Positions 13,430 to 27,000 of a stretch of 64,000 nucleotides of DNA are shown one piece after another. The translations under genes and the position numbers were made by a program. The stretch's first letter is position 1; the number at the start of each line of letters is the position of its first letter. A model generated the notes under the pieces. That model was given only the letters and a program-made list of their open reading frames with translations, ran no database searches and was not told the DNA's origin. Source of the DNA: Eledone cirrhosa (lineage: Eukaryota); assembly GCA_964016885.1 (NCBI GenBank), contig OZ024742.1, positions 344,720,001-344,784,000 of the forward strand. The letters run 5' to 3'.

Positions 13430-16400
13430 CCAGGAAGTTAGGGAACCCTGGTATACTTGTTAATACTCTTAGTAGACTTCCAGGAAGTTAGGGAACCATT
13501 GTATACTTGTCAATACCGTTAGCAGACTTCCGGGAAGTTAGGGAACCCTGGTATACTTGTTGATACTGTTAGTAGACTTCCAGGAAGTTAGGAAACCCTG
13601 GTATACTTGTTAATACTGTTAGTAGACTTTCAGGAAGCTAGGGAACCCTGGTATACTTGTTAATACTGTAGGTAGACTTCCAGGAAGTTAGGGAACCATG
13701 GTATACTTGTTAATACTGTTAGTAGATTTCCAGGAAGTTAGGAAACCATGGTTTTCTTGTTAATACTGTTAGTAGATTTCCAGGAAGTTAGGGAACTATG
13801 GTATAATTGGTAATACTGTTAGCAGACTTCGAGGAAGTTAGGGAACCCTGGTATACTTGTTAATACTGTTAGTAGATTTCCAGGAAGTTACGGTAAGCCT
13901 GGTATACTTGTTAATACTGTTAGTAGACTTCCAGGAAGTTACGGAACCCTGGTATACTTGTTAATTCTGTTAGTAGACTTTTAGGAAGGTAGGGAACCAA
14001 GGTATACTTGTTAATACTGTTAGTAGACTTCCAGGAAGTTAGGGAACCCTGGTATACTTGTTAATACTGTTAGTACACTTCCAGGAAGTTAGGGAACCAT
14101 GGTATACTTGTTAATACTGTTAGTAGACTTCCAGGAAGCTAGGGAACCCTGGTGTACTTGTTAATACTGTTAGTAGACTTCCAGGAATGTAGGGAACACT
14201 GGTATACTTGTTAATACTGTTAGTAGACTTCCAGGAAGTTAGGGAACCATGGTATACTTTTTAATACTGTTAGTAGATTTCCAGGAAGTTAGGTAACCAT
14301 GGTATACTAGTTAATACTGTTAGTAGACTTCCAGGAATCTAGGGAACCCTGGTATACTTGTTAATACTGTTAGTAGATTTCCAGGAAGTTAGGGAACCAT
14401 GGTATACTTGTTAATACTGTTAGTAGACTTTCAGGACGCTAGGGAACCATGGCATACTTGTTAAACTGTTAGTAGACTTCCAGGAAGATAGGGAATCCTG
14501 GTATTCTTGTTAATACTGTTAGTAGATTTCCAGGAAGTTAGGGAACCCTGGTATACTTGTTAATACTGTTAGTAGACTTCCAGGAAGTTAGGGAATCCTG
14601 GTATACTTGTTAATACTTTTAGTAGACTTTCAGGAAGCTAGGGAACCCGGGTATACTTGTTAATACTGTTAGTAGACTTCCAGGAAGTTAGGGAACCCTG
14701 GTATACTTGTTAATACTGTTAGTAGATTTCCAGGAAGTTAGGGAACCGTGTTATACTTGTTAATACAGTTAATAGACTTCCAGGAAGTTGAGGAACCCTG
14801 GTATACTTGTTAATACTGTTAGTAGACTTCCGGGAAGTTAGGGAACCCTGGTATACTTGTTAATAATCTTAGTAGTCTTCCAGGAAGTAAGGGAACCCTG
14901 GTATACATGTTAATACTGTTAGTAGATCTCCAGGAAGTTGGGGAGCCCTGGTATACTTGTTAATACTGTTACTAGACTTTCAGGAAGGTAGGGAACCCTG
15001 GTATACTTGTTAATACTGTTAGTAGACTTTCAGGAAGTTAGTGAGCCCTGGTATACATGTTAATACTGTTAGTAGACTTCCAGGAAGTTAGGGAACCCTG
15101 GTATACTTCTCAATACTGTTAGTAGACTTTCAGGAAGCTAGGGAACCCTGGTATACTTCTTAATACTGTTAGTAGACTTCCAGGAAGCTGGGGAACCCTG
15201 GTATACTTGTTAATACTGTTAGTAGACTTCCAGGAAGGTAGGGAACCCTGGTATACTTGTTAATACTGTTAGTGGACTTCCAGGAAGGTAGGGAACCATG
15301 GTATACTTGTTAATTCTGTTAGTAGACTTTCAGGAAGGTAGGGAACCATGGTATACTTGTTAATACTGTTAGTAGACTTCCTGGAAGCTAGGGAACCCTG
15401 GTATACTTGTTAATACTGTTAGTAGACTTCCAGGAATGTAGGGAACACTGGTATACTTGTTAATACTGTTAGTAGACTTCCAGGAAGGTAGGAAACCATG
15501 ATATACTTGTTAATACTGTTAGTAGATTTCCAGGAAGTTAGGGAACCATGGTATACTAGTTAATACTGTTAGTAGACTTCCAGGAATATAGGGAACCCTG
15601 GTATACTTGTTAATACTGTTAGTAGATTTCCAGGAAGTTAGGGAACCATGGTATACTTGTTAATACTGTTAGTAGACGTTCAGGACGCTAGGGAACCATG
15701 GCATACTTGTTAAACTGTTAGTAGACTTCCAGGAAGATAGGGAATCCTGGTATTCTTGTTAATACTGTTAGTAGATTTCCAGGAAGTTAGGGAACCCTGG
15801 TACACTTGTTAATACTGTTAGTAGACTTCCAGGAAGTAAGGGAATCCTGGAATACTTGTTAATACTTTTAGTAGACTTTCAGGAAGCTAGGGAACCCGGG
15901 TATACTTGTTAATACTGTTAGTAGACTTCCAGGAAGTTAGGGAACCCTGGTATACTTGTTAATACTGTTAGTAGATTTCCAGGAAGTTAGGGAGCCGTGG
16001 TATACATGTTAATACAGTTAATAGACTTCCAGGAAGTTGAGGAACCCTGGTTTACTTGTTAATACTGTTACTAGACTTCCGGGAAGTTAGGGAACCCTGG
16101 TATACTTGTTAATACTGTTAGTCGTCTTCCAGGAAGTTAGGGAACCCTGGTATACATGTTAATACTGTTAGTAGATCTCCAGGAAGTTGGGGAGCCCTGG
16201 TATACTTGTTAATACTGTTACTAGACTTTCAGGAAGGTAGGGAACCCTGGTATACTTGTTAATACTGTTAGTAGACTTTCAGGAAGTGAGCGAGCCCTGG
16301 TATACATGTTAATACTGTTAGTAGACTTCCAGGAAGTTAGGGAACCCTGGTATACTTGTTAATACTGTTAGTAGACTTTCACGAAGCTAGGGAACCCTGG

Positions 16401-19400
16401 TATACTTGTTAATACTGTTAGTAGACTTCCAGGAAGCTGGGGAACCCTGGTATAATTGTTAATACTGTTAGTAGACTTCCAGGAAGGTAGGGAACCCTGG
16501 TATACTTGTTAATACTGTTAGTAGACTTCCAGGAAGGTAGGGAACCATGGCATACTTGTTAATATTGTTAGTAGACTTCCAGGAAGTTGGGGAACCATGG
16601 TAAACTTGTTAATACTGTTAGTAGACTTCCAGGAAGTTGGGGAACCCTGGTATACTTGTTAATACTGTTAGTAGACTTCCGCGAAGTTAGGGAGCCCTGG
16701 TATACTTGTTAATATTGTTAGTAGAATTCCAGGAAGTTAGGGAACCCTGGTATACTTGTTAATACTGTTAGTAGACTTCCAGGAAGTTAGGGAACCCTGG
16801 TATACGTGTTAATACTGTTAGTAGATTTCCAGGAAGTTAGGGAACAATGGTATACTTATTAATAATGTTAGTAGACTTTCAGGAAGCTAGGGAACCCTGG
16901 TATACTTGTTAATACTGTTAGTAGACTTTCAGGAAGCTAGGAAACCCTGGTATACTTGTTAATACTGTTAGTAGACTTTCAGGAAGGTAGGGAACCATGG
17001 TATACTTGTCAATACCGTTAGCAGACTTCCGGGAAGTTAGGGAACCCTGGTATACTTGTTGATACTGTTAGTAGACTTCCAGGAAGTTAGGGAACCCTGG
17101 TATACTTGTTAATACTCTTAGTAGACTTCCAGGAAGTTAGGGAACCATTGTATACTTGTCAATACCGTTAGCAGACTTCCGGGAAGTTAGGGAACCCTGG
17201 TATACTTGTTGATACTGTTAGTAGACTTCCAGGAAGTTAGGAAACCCTGGTATACTTGTTAATACTGTTAGTAGACTTTCAGGAAGCTAGGGAACCCTGG
17301 TATACTTGTTAATACTGTAGGTAGACTTCCAGGAAGTTAGGGAACCATGGTATACTTGTTAATACTGTTAGTAGATTTCCAGGAAGTTAGGAAACCATGG
17401 TTTTCTTGTTATTACTGTTAGTAGATTTCCAGGAAGTTAGGGAACTATGGTATAATTGGTAATACTGTTAGCAGACTTCGAGGAAGTTAGGGAACCCTGG
17501 TATGCTTGTTAATACTGTTAGTAGATTTCCAGGAAGTTACGGTAAGCCTGGTATACTTGTTAATACTGTTAGTAGACTTCCAGGAAGTTACGGAACCCTG
17601 GTATACTTGTTAATTCTGTTAGTAGACTTTTAGGAAGGTAGGGAACCAAGGTATACTTGTTAATACTGTTAGTAGACTTCCAGGAAGTTAGGGAACCCTG
17701 GTATACTTGTTAATACTGTTAGTACACTTCCAGGAAGTTAGGGAACCATGGTATACTTGTTAATACTGTTAGTAGACTTCCAGGAAGCTAGGGAACCCTG
17801 GTGTACTTGTTAATACTGTTAGTAGACTTCCAGGAATGTAGGGAACACTGGTATACTTGTTAATACTGTTAGTAGACTTCCAGGAAGTTAGGGAACCATG
17901 GTATACTTTTTAATACTGTTAGTAGATTTCCAGGAAGTTAGGGAACCATGGTATACTAGTTAATACTGTTAGTAGACTTCCAGGAATCTAGGGAACCCTG
18001 GTATACTTGTTAATACTGTTAGTAGATTTCCAGGAAGTTAGGGAACCATGGTATACTTGTTAATACTGTTAGTAGACTTTCAGGACGCTAGGGAACCATG
18101 GCATACTTGTTAAACTGTTAGTAGACTTCCAGGAAGATAGGGAATCCTGGTATTCTTGTTAATACTGTTAGTAGATTTCCAGGAAGTTAGGGAACCCTGG
18201 TATACTTGTTAATACTGTTAGTAGACTTCCAGGAAGTTAGGGAATCCTGGTATACTTGTTAATACTTTTAGTAGACTTTCAGGAAGCTAGGGAACCCGGG
18301 TATACTTGTTAATACTGTTAGTAGACTTCCAGGAAGTTAGGGAACCCTGGTATACTTGTTAATACTGTTAGTAGATTTCCAGGAAGTTAGGGAACCGTGT
18401 TATACTTGTTAATACAGTTAATAGACTTCCAGGAAGTTGAGGAACCCTGGTATACTTGTTAATACTGTTAGTAGACTTCCGGGAAGTTAGGGAACCCTGG
18501 TATACTTGTTAATAATCTTAGTAGTCTTCCAGGAAGTAAGGGAACCCTGGTATACATGTTAATACTGTTAGTAGATCTCCAGGAAGTTGGGGAGCCCTGG
18601 TATACTTGTTAATACTGTTACTAGACTTTCAGGAAGGTAGGGAACCCTGGTATACTTGTTAATACTGTTAGTAGACTTTCAGGAAGTTAGTGAGCCCTGG
18701 TATACATGTTAATACTGTTAGTAGACTTCCAGGAAGTTAGGGAACCCTGGTATACTTCTCAATACTGTTACTAGACTTTCAGGAAGCTAGGGAACCCTGG
18801 TATACTTCTTAATACTGTTAATAGACTTCCAGGAAGCTGGGGAACCCTGGTATACTTGTTAATACTGTTAGTAGACTTCCAGGAAGGTAGGGAACCCTGG
18901 TATACTTGTTAATACTGTTAGTGGACTTCCAGGAAGGTAGGGAACCATGGTATACTTGTTAATTCTGTTAGTAGACTTTCAGGAAGGTAGGGAACCATGG
19001 TATACTTGTTAATACTGTTAGTAGACTTCCTGGAAGCTAGGGAACCCTGGTATACTTGTTAATACTGTTAGTAGACTTCCAGGAATGTAGGGAACACTGG
19101 TATACTTGTTAATACTTTTAGTAGACTTCCAGGAAGGTAGGAAACCATGATATACTTGTTAATACTGTTAGTAGATTTCCAGGAAGTTAGGGAACCATGG
19201 TATACTAGTTAATACTGTTAGTAGACTTCCAGGAATATAGGGAACCCTGGTATACTTGTTAATACTGTTAGTAGATTTCCAGGAAGTTAGGGAACCATGG
19301 TATACTTGTTAATACTGTTAGTAGACGTTCAGGACGCTAGGGAACCATGGCATACTTGTTAAACTGTTAGTAGACTTCCAGGAAGATAGGGAATCCTGGT

Positions 19401-20730
19401 ATTCTTGTTAATACTGTTAGTAGATTTCCAGGAAGTTAGGGAACCCTGGTACACTTGTTAATACTGTTAGTAGACTTCCAGGAAGTAAGGGAATCCTGGA
19501 ATACTTGTTAATACTTTTAGTAGACTTTCAGGAAGCTAGGGAACCCGGGTATACTTGTTAATACTGTTAGTAGACTTCCAGGAAGTTAGGGAACCCTGGT
19601 ATACTTGTTAATACTGTTAGTAGATTTCCAGGAAGTTAGGGAGCCGTGGTATACATGTTAATACAGTTAATAGACTTCCAGGAAGTTGAGGAACCCTGGT
19701 TTACTTGTTAATACTGTTAGTAGACTTCCGGGAAGTTAGGGAACCCTGGTATACTTGTTAATACTGTTAGTCGTCTTCCAGGAAGTTAGGGAACCCTGGT
19801 ATACATGTTAATACTGTTAGTAGATCTCCAGGAAGTTGGGGAGCCCTGGTATACTTGTTAATACTGTTACTAGACTTTCAGGAAGGTAGGGAACCCTGGT
19901 ATACTTGTTAATACTGTTAGTAGACTTTCAGGAAGTGAGCGAGCCCTGGTATACATGTTAATACTGTTAGTAGACTTCCAGGAAGTTAGGGAACCCTGGT
20001 ATACTTGTTAATACTGTTAGTAGACTTTCACGAAGCTAGGGAACCCTGGTATACTTGTTAATACTGTTAGTAGACTTCCAGGAAGCTGGGGAACCCTGGT
20101 ATAATTGTTAATACTGTTAGTAGACTTCCAGGAAGGTAGGGAACCCTGGTATACTTGTTAATACTGTTAGTAGACTTCCAGGAAGGTAGGGAACCATGGC
20201 ATACTTGTTAATATTGTTAGTAGACTTCCAGGAAGTTGGGGAACCATGGTAAACTTGTTAATACTGTTAGTAGACTTCCAGGAAGTTGGGGAACCCTGGT
20301 ATACTTGTTAATACTGTTAGTAGACTTCCGCGAAGTTAGGGAGCCCTGGTATACTTGTTAATATTGTTAGTAGAATTCCAGGAAGTTAGGGAACCCTGGT
20401 ATACTTGTTAATACTGTTAGTAGACTTCCAGGAAGTTAGGGAACCCTGGTATACGTGTTAATACTGTTAGTAGATTTCCAGGAAGTTAGGGAACAATGGT
20501 ATACTTATTAATAATGTTAGTAGACTTTCAGGAAGCTAGGGAACCCTGGTATACTTGTTAATACTGTTAGTAGACTTTCAGGAAGCTAGGAAACCCTGGT
20601 ATACTTGTTAATACTGTTAGTAGACTTTCAGGAAGGTAGGGAACCATGGTATACTTGTCAATACCGTTAGCAGACTTCCGGGAAGTTAGGGAACCCTGGT
20701 ATACTTGTTGATACTGTTAGTAGACTTCCA
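13430..20730 (+). repeat. Tandem duplication of a 3,649-bp block (73 monomers), two near-identical copies
   Basis: Marker pairs all 3649 apart: TAATACTCTT 13461/17110, CGGTAAGCCT 13891/17540, CAGGAATATA 15581/19230. Confidence 0.92.
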
Positions 20731-23700
20731 GGAAGCTAGGGAACCCTGGTATACTTGTTAATACTGTTAGTAGACTTTCAGGAAGCTAGGGAACCCTGGT
20801 ATACTTGTTAATACTGTTAGTACACTTCCAGGAAGTTAGGGAACCATGGTATACTTGTTAATACTGTTAGTAGACTTCCAGGAAGCTAGGGAACCCTGGT
20901 GTACTTGTTAATAATGTTAGTAGACTTCCAGGAATGTAGGGAACACTGGTATACTTGTTAATACTGTTAGTAGACTTCCAGGAAGTTAGGGAACCATGGT
21001 ATACTTTTTAATACTGTTAGTAGATTTCCAGGAAGTTAGGGAACCATGGTATACTAGTTAATACTGTTAGTAGACTTCCAGGAATCTAGGGAACCCTGGT
21101 ATACTTGTTAATACTGTTAGTAGATTTCCAGGAAGTTAGGGAACCATGGTATACTTGTTAATACTGTTAGTAGACTTTCAGGACGCTAGGGAACCATGGC
21201 ATACTTGTTAAACTGTTAGTAGACTTCCAGGAAGATAGGGAATCCTGGTATTCTTGTTAATACTGTTAGTAGATTTCCAGGAAGTTAGGGAACCCTGGTA
21301 TACTTGTTAATACTGTTAGTAGACTTCCAGGAAGTTAGGGAATCCTGGTATACTTGTTAATACTTTTAGTAGACTTTCAGGAAGCTAGGGAACCCGGGTA
21401 TACTTGTTAATACTGTTAGTAGACTTCCAGGAAGTTAGGGAACCCTGGTATACTTGTTAATACTGTTAGTAGATTTCCAGGAAGTTAGGGAACCGTGGTA
21501 TACTTGTTAATACAGTTAATAGACTTCCAGGAAGTTGAGGAACCCTGGTATACTTGTTAATACTGTTAGTAGACTTCCGGGAAGTTAGGGAACCCTGGTA
21601 TACTTGTTAATAATCTTAGTAGTCTTCCAGGAAGTAAGGGAACCCTGGTATACATGTTAATACTGTTAGTAGATCTCCAGGAAGTTGGGGAGCCCTGGTA
21701 TACTTGTTAATACTGTTACTAGACTTTCAGGAAGGTAGGGAACCCTGGTATACTTGTTAATACTGTTAGTAGACTTTCAGGAAGTTAGTGAGCCCTGGTA
21801 TACATGTTAATACTGTTAGTAGACTTCCAGGAAGTTAGGGAACCCTGGTATACTTCTCAATACTGTTAGTAGACTTTCAGGAAGCTAGGGAACCCTGGTA
21901 TACTTCTTAATACTGTTAGTAGACTTCCAGGAAGCTGGGGAACCCTGGTATACTTGTTAATACTGTTAGTAGACTTCCAGGAAGGTAGGGAACCCTGGTA
22001 TACTTGTTAATACTGTTAGTGGACTTCCAGGAAGGTAGGGAACCATGGTATACTTGTTAATACTGTTAGTAGACTTCCAGGAAGTTGGGGAACCATGGTA
22101 AACTTGTTAATACTGTTAGTAGACTTCCAGGAAGTTGGGGAAATCTGGTATACTTGTTAATACTGTTAGTAGACTTCCGCGAAATTAGGGAGCCCTGGTA
22201 TACTTGTTAATATTGTTAGTAGAATTCCAGGAAGTTAGGGAACCCTGGTATACTTGTTAATACTGTTAGTAGACTTCCAGGAAGTTAGGGAACCCTGGTA
22301 TACGTGTTAATACTGTTAGTAGATTTCCAGGAAGTTAGGAAACCCTGGTATACTTATTAATAATGTTAGTAGACTTTCAGGAAGCTAGGGAACCCTGGTA
22401 TACTTGTTAATAGTGTTAGTAGACTTTCAGGAAGCTAGGGAACCCTGGTATACTTGTTAATACTGTTAGTAGACTTTCAGGAAGGTAGGGAACCATGGTA
22501 TACTTGTCAATACGGTTAGCAGACTTCCGGGAAGTTAGGGAACCCTGGTATACTTGTTGATACTGTTAGTAGACTTCCAGGAAGTTAGGGAACCCTGGTA
22601 TACTTGTTAATACTGTTAGTAGACTTTCAGGAAGCTAGGGAACCCTGGTATACTTGTTAATACTGTTAGTACACTTCCAGGAAGTTAGGGAACCATGGTA
22701 TACTTGTTAATAATGTTAGTAGATTTCCAGGAAGTTAGGGAACTATGGTATACTTGTTAATACTGTTAGTAGACTTCCAGGAATCTAGGGAACCCTGGTA
22801 TACTTGTTAATACTGTTAGTAGACTTCCGGGAAGTTAGGGAGCCCTGGTATACTTGTTAATATTGTTAGTAGACTTCTAGGAAGCTAGGGAACCCTGGTA
22901 TACTTGTTAATACTGTTAGTAGACTTCCAGGAAGCTAGGGAACCCTGGTATACTTGTTAATACTGTTAGTAGACTTTCAGGAAGTTAGGGAGCCCTGGTA
23001 TACTTGTTAATGCTGTTAGTAGACTTTCAGGAAGGTAGGGAACCCTGGTATACTTGTTAATAGTGTTAGTAGACTTTCAGGAAGCTAGGGAACCCTGGTA
23101 TACTTGTTAATACTGTTAGTAGACTTTCAGGAAGTTAGGGAACCCTGGTATACTTGTTAATATTGTTAGTATACTTCCAGGAAGGTAGGGGACCCTGGTA
23201 TACTTGTTAATACGGTTAGTTGACTTCCAGGAAGTTAGGGAACCCTGGTATACCTGTTAATACTCTTAGTAGACTTCCAGGAAGTTAGGGATCCATTGTA
23301 TACTTTTCAATACCGTTAGCAGACTTCCGGGAAGTTAGGGAACCCTGGTATACTTGTTGATACTGTTAGTAGACTTCCAGGAAGTTAGGGAACCCTGGTA
23401 TACTTGTTAATACTGTTAGTAGACTTTCGGGAAGCTAGGGAACCCTGGTATACTTGTTAATACTGTTAGTAGACTTTCAGGAAGGTAGGGAACCATGGTA
23501 TACTTGTTAATAGTGTTAGTAGACTTTCAGGAAGCTAGGGAACCCTGGTATACTTTTTAATACTGTTAGTAGACTTTCAGGAAGATAGGGAGCCCTGGTA
23601 TACTTGTTAATACTGTTATTAGACTTCCAGGAAGTTAGGGACCCATGCTATACTTTTTAATACTGTTAGTAGATTTCCATGAAGTTAGGGAACCATGGTA

Positions 23701-24009
23701 TACTAGTTAATACTGTTAGTAGACTTTCAGGAAGCTAGGGAACCCTGGTATACTTGTTAATACTGTTAGTAGACTTCCAGGAAGTTAGGGAACCCTGGTA
23801 TACTTGTTAATACTGTTAGTAGACTTCCAAGAAGCTAGGAAACCTTGGTATACTTGTTAATAATGTTAGTAGACTTCCAGGAATTTAGGGAAACCTGGTA
23901 TACTTGTTAATACTGTTAGTAGACTTCCAGGAATCTAGGGAAGCCTGGTATACTTGTTATTACTGTTAGTAGATTTCCAGGAAGTTAGGGAACCCTGGTA
24001 TACTTTTTA

Positions 24010-27000
24010 ATACTGTTAGTAGACTTCCAGGAGGCTAGGGAACCCTGGTATACTTGTTAATACTGTTAGTAGACTTCCAGGAAGGTAGGGAACCCTGGTA
24101 TCCTTGTTAATACTGTTAGTAGACTTCCAGGAAGTTAGGGAACCATGGTATACTTTTTAATAGTGTTAGTAGATTTCCAGGAAGTTAAGGAACCATGGTA
24201 TACTAGTTAATACTGTTAGTAGACTTCCCTGAATCTAGGGAACCCTGGTATACTTGTTAATACTGTTAGTATATTTCCAGGAAGTTAGGGAACCATGGTA
24301 TACTTGTTAATACTGTTAGTAGACTTTCAGGACGCTAGGGAACCATGGCATACTTGTTAAACTGTTAGTAGACTTCCAGGAAGATAGGGAACCTTGGTAA
24401 TCTTGTTAATACTGTTAGTAGATTTCCAGGAAGTTAGGGAACCCTGGTACACTTGTTAATACTGTTAGTAGACTTCCAGGAAGTTAGGGAACCCTGGTAT
24501 ACTTGTTAATATTGTTAGTAGACTTCCAGGCAGCTAGGGAACCCTGGTATACTTGTTAATACTGTTAGTAGACTTCCAGAAAGTTAGGGAACCCTGGTAT
24601 ACCTGTTAATACTGTTAGTAGATTTCCAGAAAGTTAGGGATCCATGGTATACTTGTTAATATTGTTAGTATACTTTCAGGAAGCTAGGGAACCCTGGTAT
24701 ACTTGTTAATACTGTTAGTTGACTTCCAGGAGGTTAGGGACCCCTCGTATACTTGTTAATACTCTTAGTAGACTTCCAGGAAGTTAGTGAACCATTGTAT
24801 ACTTGTCAATACCGTTAGCAGACTTCCGGGAAGTTAGGGATCCCTGGTATACTTGTTGATACTGTTAGTAGACTTCTAGGAAGTTAGGAAACCATGGTAT
24901 ACTTGTTAATACTGTTAGTAGATTTCCAGGAAGTTAGGAAACCATGGTTTTCTTGTTAATACTGTTAGTAGATTTCCAGGAAGTTAGGGAACTATGGTAT
25001 ACTTGTTAATACTGTTAGTAGACTTCGAGGAAGTTAGGGTACCCTGGTATAATTGTTAATACTGTTAGTAGATTTCCAGGAAGTTACGGAACCCTGGTAT
25101 ACTTGTTAATACTGTTAGTAGATTTCCAGGAAGCTAGGGAACTCTGGTATACTTGTTAATACTGTTAGTAGACTTCCAGGAAGCTAGGGAACCCTGGTAT
25201 ACTTGTTAATACTGTTAGTAGACTTGCAGGAAGTTAGGGAACCCTGGTATACTTGTTGATACTGTTAGTAGACTTCCAGGAAGTTAGGGAACCATGGTAT
25301 ACTTGTTAATACTGTTAGTAGATTTCCAGGAAGTTAGGAAGCCATGGTTTTCTTGTTAATACTGTTAGTAGATTTCCAGGAAGTTAGGGAACTATGGTAT
25401 ACTTGTTAATACTGTTAGTAGACTTCGAGGAAGTTAGGGAACCCTGGTATACTTGTTAATACTGTTAGTAGACTTCCAGGAAGTTAGGGAAGCCTGGTAT
25501 ACTTGTTAATACTGTTAGTAGATATCAAGGAAGTTGGGGAGCCCTGGTGTACTTGTTAATACTGGTACTAGACTTTCAGGAAGGTAGGGAACCCTGGTAT
25601 ACTTGTTAATACTGTTAGTAGACTTTCAAGAAGTTAGGGAGCCCTGGTATACTTGTTAATACTGTTAGTAGACTTTCAGGAAGGTAGGCAACTATGGTAT
25701 ACTTGTTAATACTGTTAGTAGACTTCCAGGAAGCTGGGGAACCCTGATATACTTGTTAATACTGTTAGTAGACTTCCAGGAAGTTAGGGAACCCTGGTAT
25801 ACATGTTAATAATTTTAGTAGATTTCCAGAAAGTTAGGCAACCATGGTATACTTGTTAATATTGTTAGTAGACTTTCACGAAGCTAGGGAACCCTGGTAT
25901 ACTTGTTAATACTGTTAGTAAACTTTCAGGTAGCTAGGGAACCCTGGTATACTTGTTAATAATTTTAGTAGACTTCCAGGAAGGTAGGGAACCCTGGTAT
26001 ACTTGTTAATACTGTTAGTAGACTTCCAGGAAGTTAGGGAACCCTGGTATACTTGTTAATACTGTTAGTAGACTTCCAGGAATCTAGGGAACCCTGGTAT
26101 ACTTGTTAATACTGTTAGTAGACTTCCTGGAAGTTAGGCAGCCCTGGTATACTTGTTAATATTGTTAGTAGACTTCCAGGAAGGTAGGGAACCCTGGTAT
26201 ACTTGTTAATACTGTTAGAAGACTTCCATGAAGTTAGGGAACCCTGGTATACTTGTTAATACTGTTAGTAGATTTCTAGAAAGTTAGGGAACCTTGGTAT
26301 ACTTGTTAATACTGTTAGTAGACTTCCAGGAGGCTAGGGAACCCTGGTATACTTGTTAATACTGTTAGTAGACTTCCAGGAAGGTAGGGAACCCTGGTAT
26401 CCTTGTTAATACTGTTAGTAGACTTCCAGGAAGTTAGGGAACCATGGTATACTTTTTAATAGTGTTAGTAGATTTCCAGGAAGTTAAGGAACCATGGTAT
26501 ACTAGTTAATACTGTTAGTAGACTTCCCTGAATCTAGGGAACCCTGGTATACTTGTTAATACTGTTAGTATATTTCCAGGAAGTTAGGGAACCATGGTAT
26601 ACTTGTTAATACTGTTAGTAGACTTTCAGGACGCTAGGGAACCATGGCATACTTGTTAAACTGTTAGTAGACTTCCAGGAAGATAGGGAACCTTGGTAAT
26701 CTTGTTAATACTGTTAGTAGATTTCCAGGAAGTTAGGGAACCCTGGTACACTTGTTAATACTGTTAGTAGACTTCCAGGAAGTTAGGGAACCCTGGTATA
26801 CTTGTTAATATTGTTAGTAGACTTCCAGGCAGCTAGGGAACCCTGGTATACTTGTTAATACTGTTAGTAGACTTCCAGAAAGTTAGGGAACCCTGGTATA
26901 CCTGTTAATACTGTTAGTAGATTTCCAGAAAGTTAGGGATCCATGGTATACTTGTTAATATTGTTAGTATACTTTCAGGAAGCTAGGGAACCCTGGTATA

